This document shows positions 30,196 to 41,431 of a stretch of DNA of 64,000 nt, one piece after another; position 1 is the stretch's first letter; every line of letters begins with the position of its first letter. This DNA is from Acidobacteriota bacterium (GTDB lineage: Bacteria > Acidobacteriota > UBA6911 > RPQK01 > JAJDTT01): positions 832,001 through 896,000 of the forward strand of contig CBDCJH010000002.1 of NCBI GenBank assembly GCA_965217775.1, given 5' to 3'. Below the pieces are notes generated by a model. That model had not been told where the DNA came from, did not search any database, and saw only the letters and a list, made by a program, of their open reading frames with translations. Both the position numbers and the translations under genes were made by a program.

Positions 30196-31455
30196 ATGAG
30201 AAATTGGACGGCACTTCTGGTTGGACTCAGCTTGCTCGGAACAGCTGCGGGCCAGGAAAAGGAGAAGTTCCTCGCCATCAGTTGGGGCGATGTGATCCAC
30301 ATGGCGACAGGGGTGGCCAAGCTGGACACCCCCGAGAAGGTGTTGGAGGCGACCCGGAATTGGAAGCGGAACGGCGTCGACAAGGTCCTGTTCCGCGTCG
30401 ACGACTTCCGGGTGGTTCTGTATGCCGACATCACCGTGGACGGAAAGAACGAGTACCTGCGGGAGTGGATCAAGATCACCCGGCGGGCCTGGAAGGAGGG
30501 GCTCGTCAAGACCGCCGTGGATGCGCTGAAGGCCGCGGGAATCGAGGTCTTCATGTGGATCGCACCCACCGACGAGGGGCGGCCTCCGGACGTGAACGTG
30601 TTCGACTTCGGTCCCACCGGGCGGGCCTTCTGGCCGTGGCACTCCAAGTTCACCAAGGCGAATCCCCGGTTCCTGGTCCACGACCGGAGCCTGACCACCA
30701 ACGGCCGCAAGTACCAGTGGCACGTCATGGAATACGCCTACCCCGAGGTGCGCGACTACATGATCAACAAGATCATCCGCACGTTTTCCGACGGGTTCGA
30801 TTTCGACGGAGTCTTCCTGAGCATCCGGTCCCACGGCCTGCCGCCGGACCACGCGGATCAGTACGGTTTCAACCAGCCCATCGTGGAGGAGTACAAGCGC
30901 CGGTACGGTCAGGACATCATGCGGGAGGACTTCGACGTGGAAAAGTGGCGCGAGCTCCGGGGCGAGTACTTGACCCTCTTTCTCCGGGAGTTGAAGGCCC
31001 ACCTCAAGACGAAGGGACAGAAGCTCTCCATCGGCGTGCAGCAGGGTGATTACATCGGTCCACCCTTCGGAAACATGAGGATTCAATGGCGGCAGTGGAT
31101 CGAAGAAGGAATCATCGACGACCTGGTCCTGGGCCACATCACCCGGGTCCGTTCCCGCTATCCGGAACGCATCCAGCGCACCTGGGGGTACCTGCAGAAC
31201 CAGGAGACCGGCCTCGGGCTGCCCCCGTTGGTGCACGCCATTCGCAGAGACTACGGTCCCCTCTGCCAGAAATACGGCGTCAAGCTGTACGTGGAGCCGG
31301 GCAACTTCTACCGGTTACATGAACACCCGTCGGTGGGACGGGCCGGTGCCGCTCCCGAGGTCCAAAAACGGCTCCGTCAACAACTGGAGGCCCTGCCCCA
31401 GGTGACGGGGCTGCCGGCCAATTACAGGGAAGTGACGAACCCGAAGGAGCCTTGA
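30196..31455 (+). CDS. Exported glycoside-hydrolase-like TIM barrel (GHL10-like)
   Basis: Signal peptide; YAYPEVRDY..FDGVFL, WRQWIEEGIIDDL. Confidence 0.65.
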   Translation: MRNWTALLVGLSLLGTAAGQEKEKFLAISWGDVIHMATGVAKLDTPEKVLEATRNWKRNGVDKVLFRVDDFRVVLYADITVDGKNEYLREWIKITRRAWKEGLVKTAVDALKAAGIEVFMWIAPTDEGRPPDVNVFDFGPTGRAFWPWHSKFTKANPRFLVHDRSLTTNGRKYQWHVMEYAYPEVRDYMINKIIRTFSDGFDFDGVFLSIRSHGLPPDHADQYGFNQPIVEEYKRRYGQDIMREDFDVEKWRELRGEYLTLFLRELKAHLKTKGQKLSIGVQQGDYIGPPFGNMRIQWRQWIEEGIIDDLVLGHITRVRSRYPERIQRTWGYLQNQETGLGLPPLVHAIRRDYGPLCQKYGVKLYVEPGNFYRLHEHPSVGRAGAAPEVQKRLRQQLEALPQVTGLPANYREVTNPKEP

Positions 31456-31585
31456 CCGCCGGCTCGGTCACGGCTGGCGAGACTGCAATTGAACGCCGGC
31501 CGTCGACTCAAGATAAATTCAATTTCGGCACATACTCAGCGACCGGTTGAGAAACTCGAGCTGGACTGGGGTTCCGAGTGAGAAC

Positions 31586-32737
31586 ATGAAGTACTTGAGA
31601 CTGCTGGCCAGGAATCTGTTCCGAAACAGGCTCAGGACTCTGTTGACGACGAGCAGCATCGGGGCATCGATCTTCCTGGTCTCCACCTTGATGACGGTGC
31701 TCGACGAGCTGACCAGTCCCCCCGAGACCCCGGACTCGGCCTTGCGGCTCGTGGTCCGGCACAAGATTTCCCTGTTCAACACGTTGCCCACCTCCTACCG
31801 GGAAAAAATCGCCGCCGTGGACGGGGTGGAGGCCGTGATCGGATCGATGTGGTTTGGCGGCCTCTTCAACCATAACGGCACTGAGGTCGGCCTGGCGCAG
31901 TTTGCCTCCGATACTGACGATTTCTTTCGGGTCTATCCCGATATCATCGTTCCCGACGAGCAGAAACAAGCGTTTCTGCAGGATCGTTCCGGAGCGCTGG
32001 TGGGTAGAACCGTGGCCGACCGTTTCGGCTGGAAGCTGGGTCAGACGATTCATACCGGCAGCAATCTCTTCCCGACCGAGCTGGAATTGACGATCCGCGC
32101 CATCTATGAGGCCGGTGGCGACGAGGGCGGCAGCATCTATTTCCATTGGGACTACTTCAACGAACTCATGAACGACAACGGCGTTACCGGAACTTTTTCG
32201 ATCCGGGCCTCTTCACCGGAGGTGTTGTCCGGCATCGCCGAAGAGGTGGACGGCCTCTTCAAGAATTCGATGGCTCCCACCAAGACCGAAACCGAGAAAG
32301 CCTTCATCATGGGGTTTGTCTCCATGCTGGGAAACGTTCAGTTTCTGATCAGCAGTATCTGTCTGGCCGTGATCTTTGCCGTCAGTCTCGTAGCCGCGAA
32401 CACCATGGCCATGTCCATCCGCGAGCGTGTACGGGAGATCGGGATTCTAAAGACCCTTGGTTTCCGGAAGGCCCAGGTTTTGGGTTTGTTGTTGAGTGAG
32501 TCGCTTTTCCTGGCAATGAGCGGGGCAGGCTTGGGCGCGCTGAGCGCTCGCCTGATTTTCCAGTACGTGCCGATGCAGGCCATCAGCAACGGGTTCATCC
32601 AGAATTTCGAAGTCCAATTCTCCACCATCGCGGTCTGCATTTTGATTGGAGCCGTGATCGGACTGCTCGCCGCCGGCCTGCCCGCTTGGCAGGCGGCCCG
32701 GCGGCCGACTCTCGAGGCATTGCAAAGTGTGGGCTAG
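31586..32737 (+). CDS. MacB/FtsX-like ABC permease
   Basis: RNLFRNRLRT, ERVREIGILKTLGF, PAWQAAR. Confidence 0.9.
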   Translation: MKYLRLLARNLFRNRLRTLLTTSSIGASIFLVSTLMTVLDELTSPPETPDSALRLVVRHKISLFNTLPTSYREKIAAVDGVEAVIGSMWFGGLFNHNGTEVGLAQFASDTDDFFRVYPDIIVPDEQKQAFLQDRSGALVGRTVADRFGWKLGQTIHTGSNLFPTELELTIRAIYEAGGDEGGSIYFHWDYFNELMNDNGVTGTFSIRASSPEVLSGIAEEVDGLFKNSMAPTKTETEKAFIMGFVSMLGNVQFLISSICLAVIFAVSLVAANTMAMSIRERVREIGILKTLGFRKAQVLGLLLSESLFLAMSGAGLGALSARLIFQYVPMQAISNGFIQNFEVQFSTIAVCILIGAVIGLLAAGLPAWQAARRPTLEALQSVG

Positions 32738-32811
32738 CGGTTCGTGGTGAAGGACGGACGCAGCACCAAGACGGCGGTTGGAACACGGTTCGGAACCGGC
32801 GCGGATAGAGC

Positions 32812-33978
32812 GTGATGAAGATCCCCATTCGATACAACTTGCGGAGTCTCTGGGTAAGGCGAGTCGGCACCCTGATGACCGCATTGGGAATTGGGCTCAC
32901 AGTGGCCATTCTAGTCGCGATGATGGCCCTCATCGACGGCCTCGACTCGACCTTCGTCAACACCGGAAACCCCAATGACCTGGTGGTCATTCGGCAAGGC
33001 TCCCAGAACGAGACCAACAGCTATCTGGACCGGAACCTCTTTCCGAAGGTCCGCTTTCTGCCGGAGGTGGCTCGCGACCAGGACGACGAGCCGTGGGCTT
33101 CCGGCGAGCTCATCGTCGTCATCAATCATGAGCGCATCACCGGAGCAGGTGAGACCTCGAACATCGTCGTTCGCGGCACCGGCAACCGGGGCTTCGAAAT
33201 GCGGCCGGAAGTCCGGATCGTCGAGGGACGACGCCATGCAAAAGGGGTGCGGGAACTGATCGTGAGCCGTTCACTGTCGCGCCGCTTCAAGAACATGAAG
33301 CTGGGCGATACCCTGCCCATTGCGCAGAATGAGTGGGCCGTGGTGGGTATTTTCGACGCCGGTGGCACGGCCTACGATTCCGAAATCTGGGGGGACTACG
33401 ACGAGATCGCGTTGGCCTGGAATCGACCGATCTACACCTCTTTCCTGGTGCGCGCCAATAATGCACAGGCTCGAGCGGATCTGGCGAAACGGATCGAGGA
33501 GGATCGGAACATCGAGCTGCAGGCCATCCCCCAAGACGAATACTACGAGGGACAAACGATATCCTCCATTGGAATCAAAGCTCTGGGGATCTTTATCGCT
33601 GTGGTGATGGGAATCGGTTCCTGCTTTGCCGCCATGAACATGATGTACGGTACCGTCATGGCCCGGTTCAAAGAGATTGCAACCCTGCGAGCACTGGGAT
33701 TTCGCAGACGGAGCATCCTGGCATCCTTCCTGGTAGAGTCCGTCCTGTTGGCGTTGCTGGGAGGAGTCGTGGGCTGTGTCATGGCCCTGCCGGTCCACGG
33801 CATTACCACGGGGACCACCAATTTCGCCAGTTTCAGCGAAGTCTTGTTCCATTTTCGAATCACCCCCGAAATCCTTTTCAAAGCGATTCTATTCGTCGGT
33901 TTGGTGGGGATTGCGGGAGGTTTGCTCCCGGCTGCACGAGCCGCCCGGGTGCGCTTGATCGACGTGATGCGAGACTGA
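32812..33978 (+). CDS. MacB/FtsX-like ABC permease
   Basis: EIATLRALGF, PAARAAR. Confidence 0.9.
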   Translation: MMKIPIRYNLRSLWVRRVGTLMTALGIGLTVAILVAMMALIDGLDSTFVNTGNPNDLVVIRQGSQNETNSYLDRNLFPKVRFLPEVARDQDDEPWASGELIVVINHERITGAGETSNIVVRGTGNRGFEMRPEVRIVEGRRHAKGVRELIVSRSLSRRFKNMKLGDTLPIAQNEWAVVGIFDAGGTAYDSEIWGDYDEIALAWNRPIYTSFLVRANNAQARADLAKRIEEDRNIELQAIPQDEYYEGQTISSIGIKALGIFIAVVMGIGSCFAAMNMMYGTVMARFKEIATLRALGFRRRSILASFLVESVLLALLGGVVGCVMALPVHGITTGTTNFASFSEVLFHFRITPEILFKAILFVGLVGIAGGLLPAARAARVRLIDVMRD

Positions 33979-35135
33979 TGGAAAAAGATTTGAAAGCGTT
34001 GCGCATCGACCGCAACCGTCGGCGTTCCAGGCCGTCCCCCAACTTGTGGCTGATCGGACTGGCGGCCTTCCTTGCGGGCGCCGTCCTGACCGCGCTGCTT
34101 TTCCACAACCTTTCCCGGCAGACACCCGATCTGGCTCGGGCCGAAGCCCAGGCGGACCCGGGCGCGGTTGCCGCGGCCGGTGCTGCGGTCGATCGGGCGT
34201 CGGATCGGGACGGACCGTTGCTGATCGTCTCGGGCTACATCGTCCCTCACCACCGGATCGAAGTCAGTTCCCGAATTATGGGGAAGGTCGCTTGGGTCGG
34301 AGTCGATAAATCGGATCGAGTCGAAAAGGGTCAATTGCTGGTCCGGCTGGAGGACGCTGAATTCCAAGCCCAACTCCAGCAGGCAGAAGCCGGTTTTCAC
34401 TCGGCACGGGCCCGCCTCAGCGAACTGGAAACCGGTTCACGGCCCGAAGAGATCGAGATCGCAAAGGCGGAGTTGGAAAGAAGCCGCGCCGAATTCGACA
34501 ACGCCGATCTCGAGTATCGCCGCTTCATCCAACTCATCGAAAGTGGAGTCATCGCTCAACAACGGGTCGACAATGCCCGGTCTCGCCGCGACATGGCCAA
34601 GGCCGCCGTTGCCGTCGCCGAGAAAAACCACCTGCTCCTGGAGATCGGCCCCCGAACCGAGCAGATCCAGGCTGCCCGTGCCGACCTCGAGCGAAGCCAG
34701 GCGGCCATCCGATACGGGCAAACCCAACTGCAGGAGACGGAGATCCGGGCACCCGTCAGCGGGACCATTCTGGAACGGGTCGTTGAAGTCGGTGAAATGG
34801 TCTCGGCCTACTTCATGGGGGGAGCCGTCCTGGTGGCGTTGGCGGATCTGCGAGATTTACAGGCGGAGCTGGATATCAGCCAATCCGATTTTCACAACAT
34901 CTCGCCCGATAACGGGTGCAAGATGTCTCCCATCGCCTATCCGAGGCGGGAATACGAATGTGAGTTGGAAGAGATTGCACCCGAGGCCAACCGGCAGCGA
35001 GCCACGATCCAGGTAAAGGTCCAGATTCTGGAACCGGATGAATACCTTCGGCCGGAGATGGATGTTCAGGTCACTTTCTTTCGCAAACGGACCGCTTCCG
35101 GGGCTGAAGACACGACCGCTGAGGACACGGGATGA
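33978..35135 (+). CDS. Efflux periplasmic adaptor (HlyD/MFP)
   Basis: N-terminal TM, lipoyl half-motifs, coiled coil, IRAPVSG. Confidence 0.9.
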   Translation: MEKDLKALRIDRNRRRSRPSPNLWLIGLAAFLAGAVLTALLFHNLSRQTPDLARAEAQADPGAVAAAGAAVDRASDRDGPLLIVSGYIVPHHRIEVSSRIMGKVAWVGVDKSDRVEKGQLLVRLEDAEFQAQLQQAEAGFHSARARLSELETGSRPEEIEIAKAELERSRAEFDNADLEYRRFIQLIESGVIAQQRVDNARSRRDMAKAAVAVAEKNHLLLEIGPRTEQIQAARADLERSQAAIRYGQTQLQETEIRAPVSGTILERVVEVGEMVSAYFMGGAVLVALADLRDLQAELDISQSDFHNISPDNGCKMSPIAYPRREYECELEEIAPEANRQRATIQVKVQILEPDEYLRPEMDVQVTFFRKRTASGAEDTTAEDTG

Positions 35136-35854
35136 TGAAGGTATTGATCGAAATGCGGCATCTGAGCCGGGTGTTCCAGCGCGATACCGTCCAGGTCGTG
35201 GCGCTGAAGGACATCAACCTGGACATCCGTGAAAAGGACTTCATCAGCTTGATGGGACCGTCCGGCTCGGGAAAGAGCACGCTGCTCAACCTGATTGCCG
35301 GCATCGACCGGCCGACCGGCGGCCAACTCCAGGTCCTGGGCGAAGATCTGACCGCCCTCAACGAAGACGAGCTGGCTGCCTGGCGCAATGAACACGTGGG
35401 ATTCGTGTTTCAGCACTTCAACCTGATCCCTGTCCTGACCGCCTTCGAGAACGTCGAACTCCCCTTGCTGCTGACCTCACTCTCCCGGCAGGAACGGCGA
35501 GAGCATGTGGAGACCGCCCTGCGGCTGGTGAACCTCTCGGACCGGATACGCCACTATCCGCGCCAGCTCAGCGGAGGCGAGGAACAGCGGGTAGCCATCG
35601 CCCGTGCAATCGTCACCGATCCCACCTTCATCCTGGCCGACGAACCGACCGGTGACCTGGACGCCGACTCGGCTGGGGACATCCTCAAGGTGCTGGACGC
35701 CCTGAACCGGAGCTTCGGAAAGACCATCGTGATGGTCACCCACGATCCCCGCGCCGCGGCTTTCGCCCGGATCAACCATCATCTGGAAAAAGGGTCCCTG
35801 CTGGGAAAGGCCCCGGCCACGACGCTCCATCCATCCACCGCTGACGGCTTATAG
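35132..35854 (+). CDS. ABC transporter ATP-binding protein (LolD/MacB-like)
   Basis: [26 protein letters not shown]. Confidence 0.93.
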   Translation: MMKVLIEMRHLSRVFQRDTVQVVALKDINLDIREKDFISLMGPSGSGKSTLLNLIAGIDRPTGGQLQVLGEDLTALNEDELAAWRNEHVGFVFQHFNLIPVLTAFENVELPLLLTSLSRQERREHVETALRLVNLSDRIRHYPRQLSGGEEQRVAIARAIVTDPTFILADEPTGDLDADSAGDILKVLDALNRSFGKTIVMVTHDPRAAAFARINHHLEKGSLLGKAPATTLHPSTADGL

Positions 35855-35898
35855 CTCCCTAATCTCGAATTCTTGTGCAACTTGACGAAGAATAGTAG

Positions 35899-35976
35899 GT
35901 AGGGGCGCCCCTTGTGGGCGCCCTCTTCGGTCCAAAGCGGAGCAAGACGTTAGGAAGGGGGACATTCTTGTCCCCC
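35899..35976. repeat. Two REP-like palindromes
   Basis: GTAGGGGCGCCC-CTTGT-GGGCGCCCT (35899-35924) and GGAAGGGGGACA-TTCT-TGTCCCCC (35953-35976). Confidence 0.65.
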
Positions 35977-36238
35977 ATTCTTCCTCCACGTTCCATTCGA
36001 AATTCCAAGTAATCACGAAGACGCTGTTGAGTTTGCCGATTCTGGTTTCCAACGGGCCACTGGACACTCTCGGTCGCGGACTTTTCGTCTGAGAACTTTT
36101 CGAACCACTGAAGGATCGTGATTCCATTGCGGTTCGCTTTCCCGGGTGCGTTGTAGCTTGCTCTCTACATCATGAGAGGAGTGTACAAGTGAGGTGTTAT
36201 CTTGACAGGATTTCCTTATAATCTCCGATTTATATTTC

Positions 36239-38518
36239 CTACACCGGAACCATAAGGCCGTCTTGGAATCTCCGATTGGGGCCGTTGTGTACTGCCATCA
36301 AGAGTTCCTCTGCTAATTCGATCCCTTTTACCTTGTCAATATTCGCATTGCTAATGTCCCAGGACTTGGCTGGCTCAATACAGTTCTGGCAACCCAACGA
36401 GCACTTGCAGTTACGGGCAATCTCAACACCTTTCTTCAGAGCTACATGCCACACGCTAAACAGCTTTTTGGAAACACCGATTCCTCCTGGATAATTCTCG
36501 TAGCAATACGCGGCCAGTTCACTTCCCGTCCGAGAGTAGGTACTCGTGTCGAATCGGTCTGCCGGGATCACGAACATTGCGCCTACACGAATCATGTGCT
36601 CCAAAGCACCAATCCCATCAACGGCGACTACGCTTTGTGGGACATCAATCCAAAACGAGTGCAGGTTGTTCAGAAAAAGGGCGCCTTTGTCGCCCCCAGT
36701 CCTGAGAGTTTCACCAGAACGTTCATCCACTAGCTTAAAGCCTGTGAAGTTCATCACGATATTGAGAGAGCCGTAATAAACGCTAATGTCCCCATAACTG
36801 AAACCATCGAAAAAATCCGACCTCGAAAACACTGGGTAGAATCCTGGCTCGGTTCTCAGATATTGGTCAGTATCTTCAAGAACAATGGCTTGCTCTTCAT
36901 GGGACCTCACGTGATAACGTTGACCGAAGAAAGGGAAAATCGCTCCGATATAGGCCTCACGGAATCGGCGCATAGCAGAAATTTGGCCCAACTCCTGATT
37001 GTTTTTTCTTAGAGTGAAAGACTGCCCAATACCTCCGCGAAGGTTCAGGCGAGGCTGTGGCTTAAAACCCGTAGGCACTGTTCCTTGGTTCTTTCTGGCC
37101 GCACTGAAAAATGGACTGCCAAGTATAGTTTCTTCGGGAGGCAGTACCTGTCCGCCTGTTTCTTCCATAAGCGAGGGAATGTGTTTCGCGATTAGCTCTT
37201 CGTTGGCCGGATCGACCACCAGTTCGTCAAAGGGCTTTTCCAGAAAGGCTTGCAAATTCCCCACGAAGAAACGATCAATCGGGTCATTCATCGCGTAGAA
37301 CAGCACGAAAGCGTCCTTGTCCCAACCTCGTCCAGCCCGGCCAATCTGCTGCCAAGCGGACATTATGCTGGGGGGGAATCCGCCTAATATCACGCCGTCC
37401 AGACCGCCAACGTCCAGTCCTATTTCCAGAGCATTGGTCGTGAATACCACTCGAACCTGACCTGTTTTGATTCGCTCTTGGATTTCCTGGCGCCGCTCGG
37501 GTCTCAAGTCGGCATGGTATGCTGAAATCTGCTCAGGCTCCAAGCCACATTCCGAGGCTGTGCGCCTACAGTTGCTAAAAGCCGCCTCCAGAAATCGCTT
37601 TGTTGGGCAAAACACCAATACTTGTAAGCCTTCCACCAAAGCCGTTATTGAGGCTTGCTCAACTCGCAACCTGAGAATATCCCAATATTTGAAATCAGGG
37701 ATTTCAGGATCAATGAACACGAAATGCCGTTTGGGACGAAGCACATCTCTTGCCGATACCACCTCCGTGTCTCGTCCGGTGAGAGATTCGGCGTGTTCCT
37801 GCGGATTTGCACAAGTGGCGGTGGACAGAAACACCTGGGGGTGTGCTTTGATACGATTTAAATACAAAAAAAATCGCCGCAACAGAAGAGCCATGTTGCT
37901 GCCGAAAAACCCACGATATTCATGCATCTCGTCGATCACGACATACCGTAGATTACGCAGGTATCTAGCGCCGTCGGTATGCTTGTCCCACGACTCCCGA
38001 CTGCCCAGAAATGACATATTTAAGTATTCGGGATTAGTGAGTAGGATGTGGCAAGGATTCTGGCGAAGGCATGCCTTGATTTCTTCTCCCGTATCCCCAT
38101 CATAAGGCCAGGACTCGATGTCGAGTGGTTGGCAAATCTTCCTGATCTGCTCTCGCTGGTCGAAAGCCAACGCCTTCATCGGGTATATCATCATTGCGTG
38201 GGAGCCCGGGTTTTCCTTTAGAACATGAAGCATTGGTGCGGCGAATCCCAGTGTCTTTCCGCTGGCAGTCGGCGACTCCATCACCACATCAGCTCCGCTC
38301 AGGGACTTGGTGATTGCATCGGCCTGATGCTGGTATGGCTGTGATATGCCAATCTGAAGTAATGCACCGCGGACAGCAGGATTGAGTTGGGCTGGCCAAT
38401 CCTTCGCATAGTCGGGTTGAATTCGATCAACTACTTTTCGGTTTATCCTATCGTTGTCCCGTAGCGCGCCAAACTCCTTCAACTTTGACAGGAAGTCGTT
38501 AATGCTGACTCCACTCAT
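36239..38518 (-). CDS. SF2 DEAD/DEAH-box helicase with C-terminal DUF1998-type Zn motif (YprA/SftH/Hrq1-like)
   Basis: PYQHQ, SPTASGKT, YPMKAL, DEMH, TAT, TNALEIGLD, QQIGRAGR, CKCSLGCQNC. Visibly lower GC. GGAGG RBS before ATG 38518. Confidence 0.88.
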   Translation of the reverse strand: MSGVSINDFLSKLKEFGALRDNDRINRKVVDRIQPDYAKDWPAQLNPAVRGALLQIGISQPYQHQADAITKSLSGADVVMESPTASGKTLGFAAPMLHVLKENPGSHAMMIYPMKALAFDQREQIRKICQPLDIESWPYDGDTGEEIKACLRQNPCHILLTNPEYLNMSFLGSRESWDKHTDGARYLRNLRYVVIDEMHEYRGFFGSNMALLLRRFFLYLNRIKAHPQVFLSTATCANPQEHAESLTGRDTEVVSARDVLRPKRHFVFIDPEIPDFKYWDILRLRVEQASITALVEGLQVLVFCPTKRFLEAAFSNCRRTASECGLEPEQISAYHADLRPERRQEIQERIKTGQVRVVFTTNALEIGLDVGGLDGVILGGFPPSIMSAWQQIGRAGRGWDKDAFVLFYAMNDPIDRFFVGNLQAFLEKPFDELVVDPANEELIAKHIPSLMEETGGQVLPPEETILGSPFFSAARKNQGTVPTGFKPQPRLNLRGGIGQSFTLRKNNQELGQISAMRRFREAYIGAIFPFFGQRYHVRSHEEQAIVLEDTDQYLRTEPGFYPVFSRSDFFDGFSYGDISVYYGSLNIVMNFTGFKLVDERSGETLRTGGDKGALFLNNLHSFWIDVPQSVVAVDGIGALEHMIRVGAMFVIPADRFDTSTYSRTGSELAAYCYENYPGGIGVSKKLFSVWHVALKKGVEIARNCKCSLGCQNCIEPAKSWDISNANIDKVKGIELAEELLMAVHNGPNRRFQDGLMVPV

Positions 38519-38709
38519 GTGAACCTCCATAGGTGAGGGCTGATTTCGCGTGCATGTGCGTCAAAAACTCGGTCCCGAGCTTACCAATTGTTACCTCTCT
38601 TGAACAGGAATCGAATTGACTCATAGTAAATCGGCCCGGAACGTATTCTTTGTCTCAAAAAAGAAATCTTCCCGAAATGAATAAAGAAAGGGCTCCAGGA
38701 AAGTGGCCT

Positions 38710-38895
38710 GGGGAGATATTGGAGATATGGGAACGGCGGGTTCTGGTGAAGGAGTTTGCGGCGCAATATCGGAGAGCAGGCATGAAGGAAAAGGGGAAGA
38801 TCCTGGACCGGTTTGTGAAGGCGACGAACTGCCGCCGCCACGACGCGTCTTGGCTCCTTCACAACCACGGTCGGCGGGGCAGGTTGAGGTCGGGA
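38710..38895 (+). pseudogene. N-terminal fragment of an rve/integrase-domain transposase
   Basis: ERRVLVKEFAAQYRRAGMKEKGKILDRFVKATNCRRHDASWLL resembles the N-terminus of such transposases; runs into the truncated CRISPR repeat. Confidence 0.6.
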
Positions 38896-40127
38896 GGGCG
38901 GGGAACACAAGGGAATCGACAAGGGGCTGCGGAACCAGTGCGGTCCATCCCCGCGTAGGCGGGGAACACGCAGGCACAGGATCTTCCGGTTCTCCGAACA
39001 TCGGTCCATCCCCGCGTAGGCGGGGAACACTCCAGCTTCAGCTTCTTCAGCTTCTCCTTCAACGGTCCATCCCCGCGTAGGCGGGGAACACCGGATCCCC
39101 CCGCTTTGCGTTCTGGTCGCAGGCGGTCCATCCCCGCGTAGGCGGGGAACACTCCGTCGTCTCGTCCTGGGCCTGGCGCTGCAACGGTCCATCCCCGCGT
39201 AGGCGGGGAACACGACTCCCGCGAACAGGTGGAGCTGGGCGTATCCGGTCCATCCCCGCGTAGGCGGGGAACACCCTATAATCGGGGGTGGCGGGGGGGC
39301 GTAGGTCGGTCCATCCCCGCGTAGGCGGGGAACACGATATCGAGATCATCCTCCCCAGCGACCACACCGGTCCATCCCCGCGTAGGCGGGGAACACCGAT
39401 GTCGTCTTTGTCCACTCCGACGGTCCATCGGTCCATCCCCGCGTAGGCGGGGAACACTCAACTCGCTCGACCAGGATCTCAGCGACGACCGGTCCATCCC
39501 CGCGTAGGCGGGGAACACAACAGTCGTCCAAGACCTAGCTGAACTTCAACGGTCCATCCCCGCGTAGGCGGGGAACACTGCTGGGGGAATATCCAGTACA
39601 GCGTCGACGTCGGTCCATCCCCGCGTAGGCGGGGAACACGTGGAGAATCATCGTGACGAGGAACTGGTGCCCGGTCCATCCCCGCGTAGGCGGGGAACAC
39701 ATCCAGACCAGTGCATCTCGTAGCACCGGCGTCGGTCCATCCCCGCGTAGGCGGGGAACACGTTCTTTCCGTCGAGGTAGGTGACGCCGAACACGGTCCA
39801 TCCCCGCGTAGGCGGGGAACACGACTTCAGCGAGAGCGCCCGCGCCAATTCGTCCGGTCCATCCCCGCGTAGGCGGGGAACACCCTCTCCTCGCTCTCAG
39901 GTTCGCCACTCGATACGGTCCATCCCCGCGTAGGCGGGGAACACCCGTCCAGAAGAGCTCGCACAGCGTCCAGATCCGGTCCATCCCCGCGTAGGCGGGG
40001 AACACTGCAATCGGACAGATTCCTCCTGGTCAGGGAGCGGTCCATCCCCGCGTAGGCGGGGAACACTCCTCAGTTCAAAGTACTCACGAACAGTTCAACG
40101 GTCCATCCCCGCGTAGGCGGGGAACAC
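38896..40127 (-). CRISPR. Type I-E CRISPR array: 20 full 29-bp repeats + 1 truncated trailer repeat, 20 spacers (32 bp; one 31 bp)
   Basis: Repeat GTGTTCCCCGCCTACGCGGGGATGGACCG, 61-bp period. First full copy 38941-38969, last 40099-40127, partial 38896-38908. Confidence 0.98.
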
Positions 40128-40214
40128 TCTTGTTACAATCGTCTGATTCTAAAAGACTTGGTCCCAGTTAAAAAAGGTACCAACTCAGATGGGGTTATTT
40201 CGATCCGAACCACT
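40128..40214 (-). promoter_or_regulatory. CRISPR leader with IHF-like site
   Basis: AT-rich, between cas2 and the first repeat. AATCAGACGATTG (40148-40136) is 1 mismatch from WATCAANNNNTTR. Confidence 0.75.
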
Positions 40215-41427
<1,213 letters not shown>

Positions 41428-41431
41428 AGCT

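Noticed and set aside
36202-36222. TTGACA and TATAAT close together downstream of the helicase
   Set aside because: Only 9 bp apart, incompatible with sigma70 geometry.
38581-40066. ORFs with repeating MFPAYAGMDR / VPRLRGDGP / CSPPTRGWT peptides
   Set aside because: Translations of the CRISPR repeat, not proteins.
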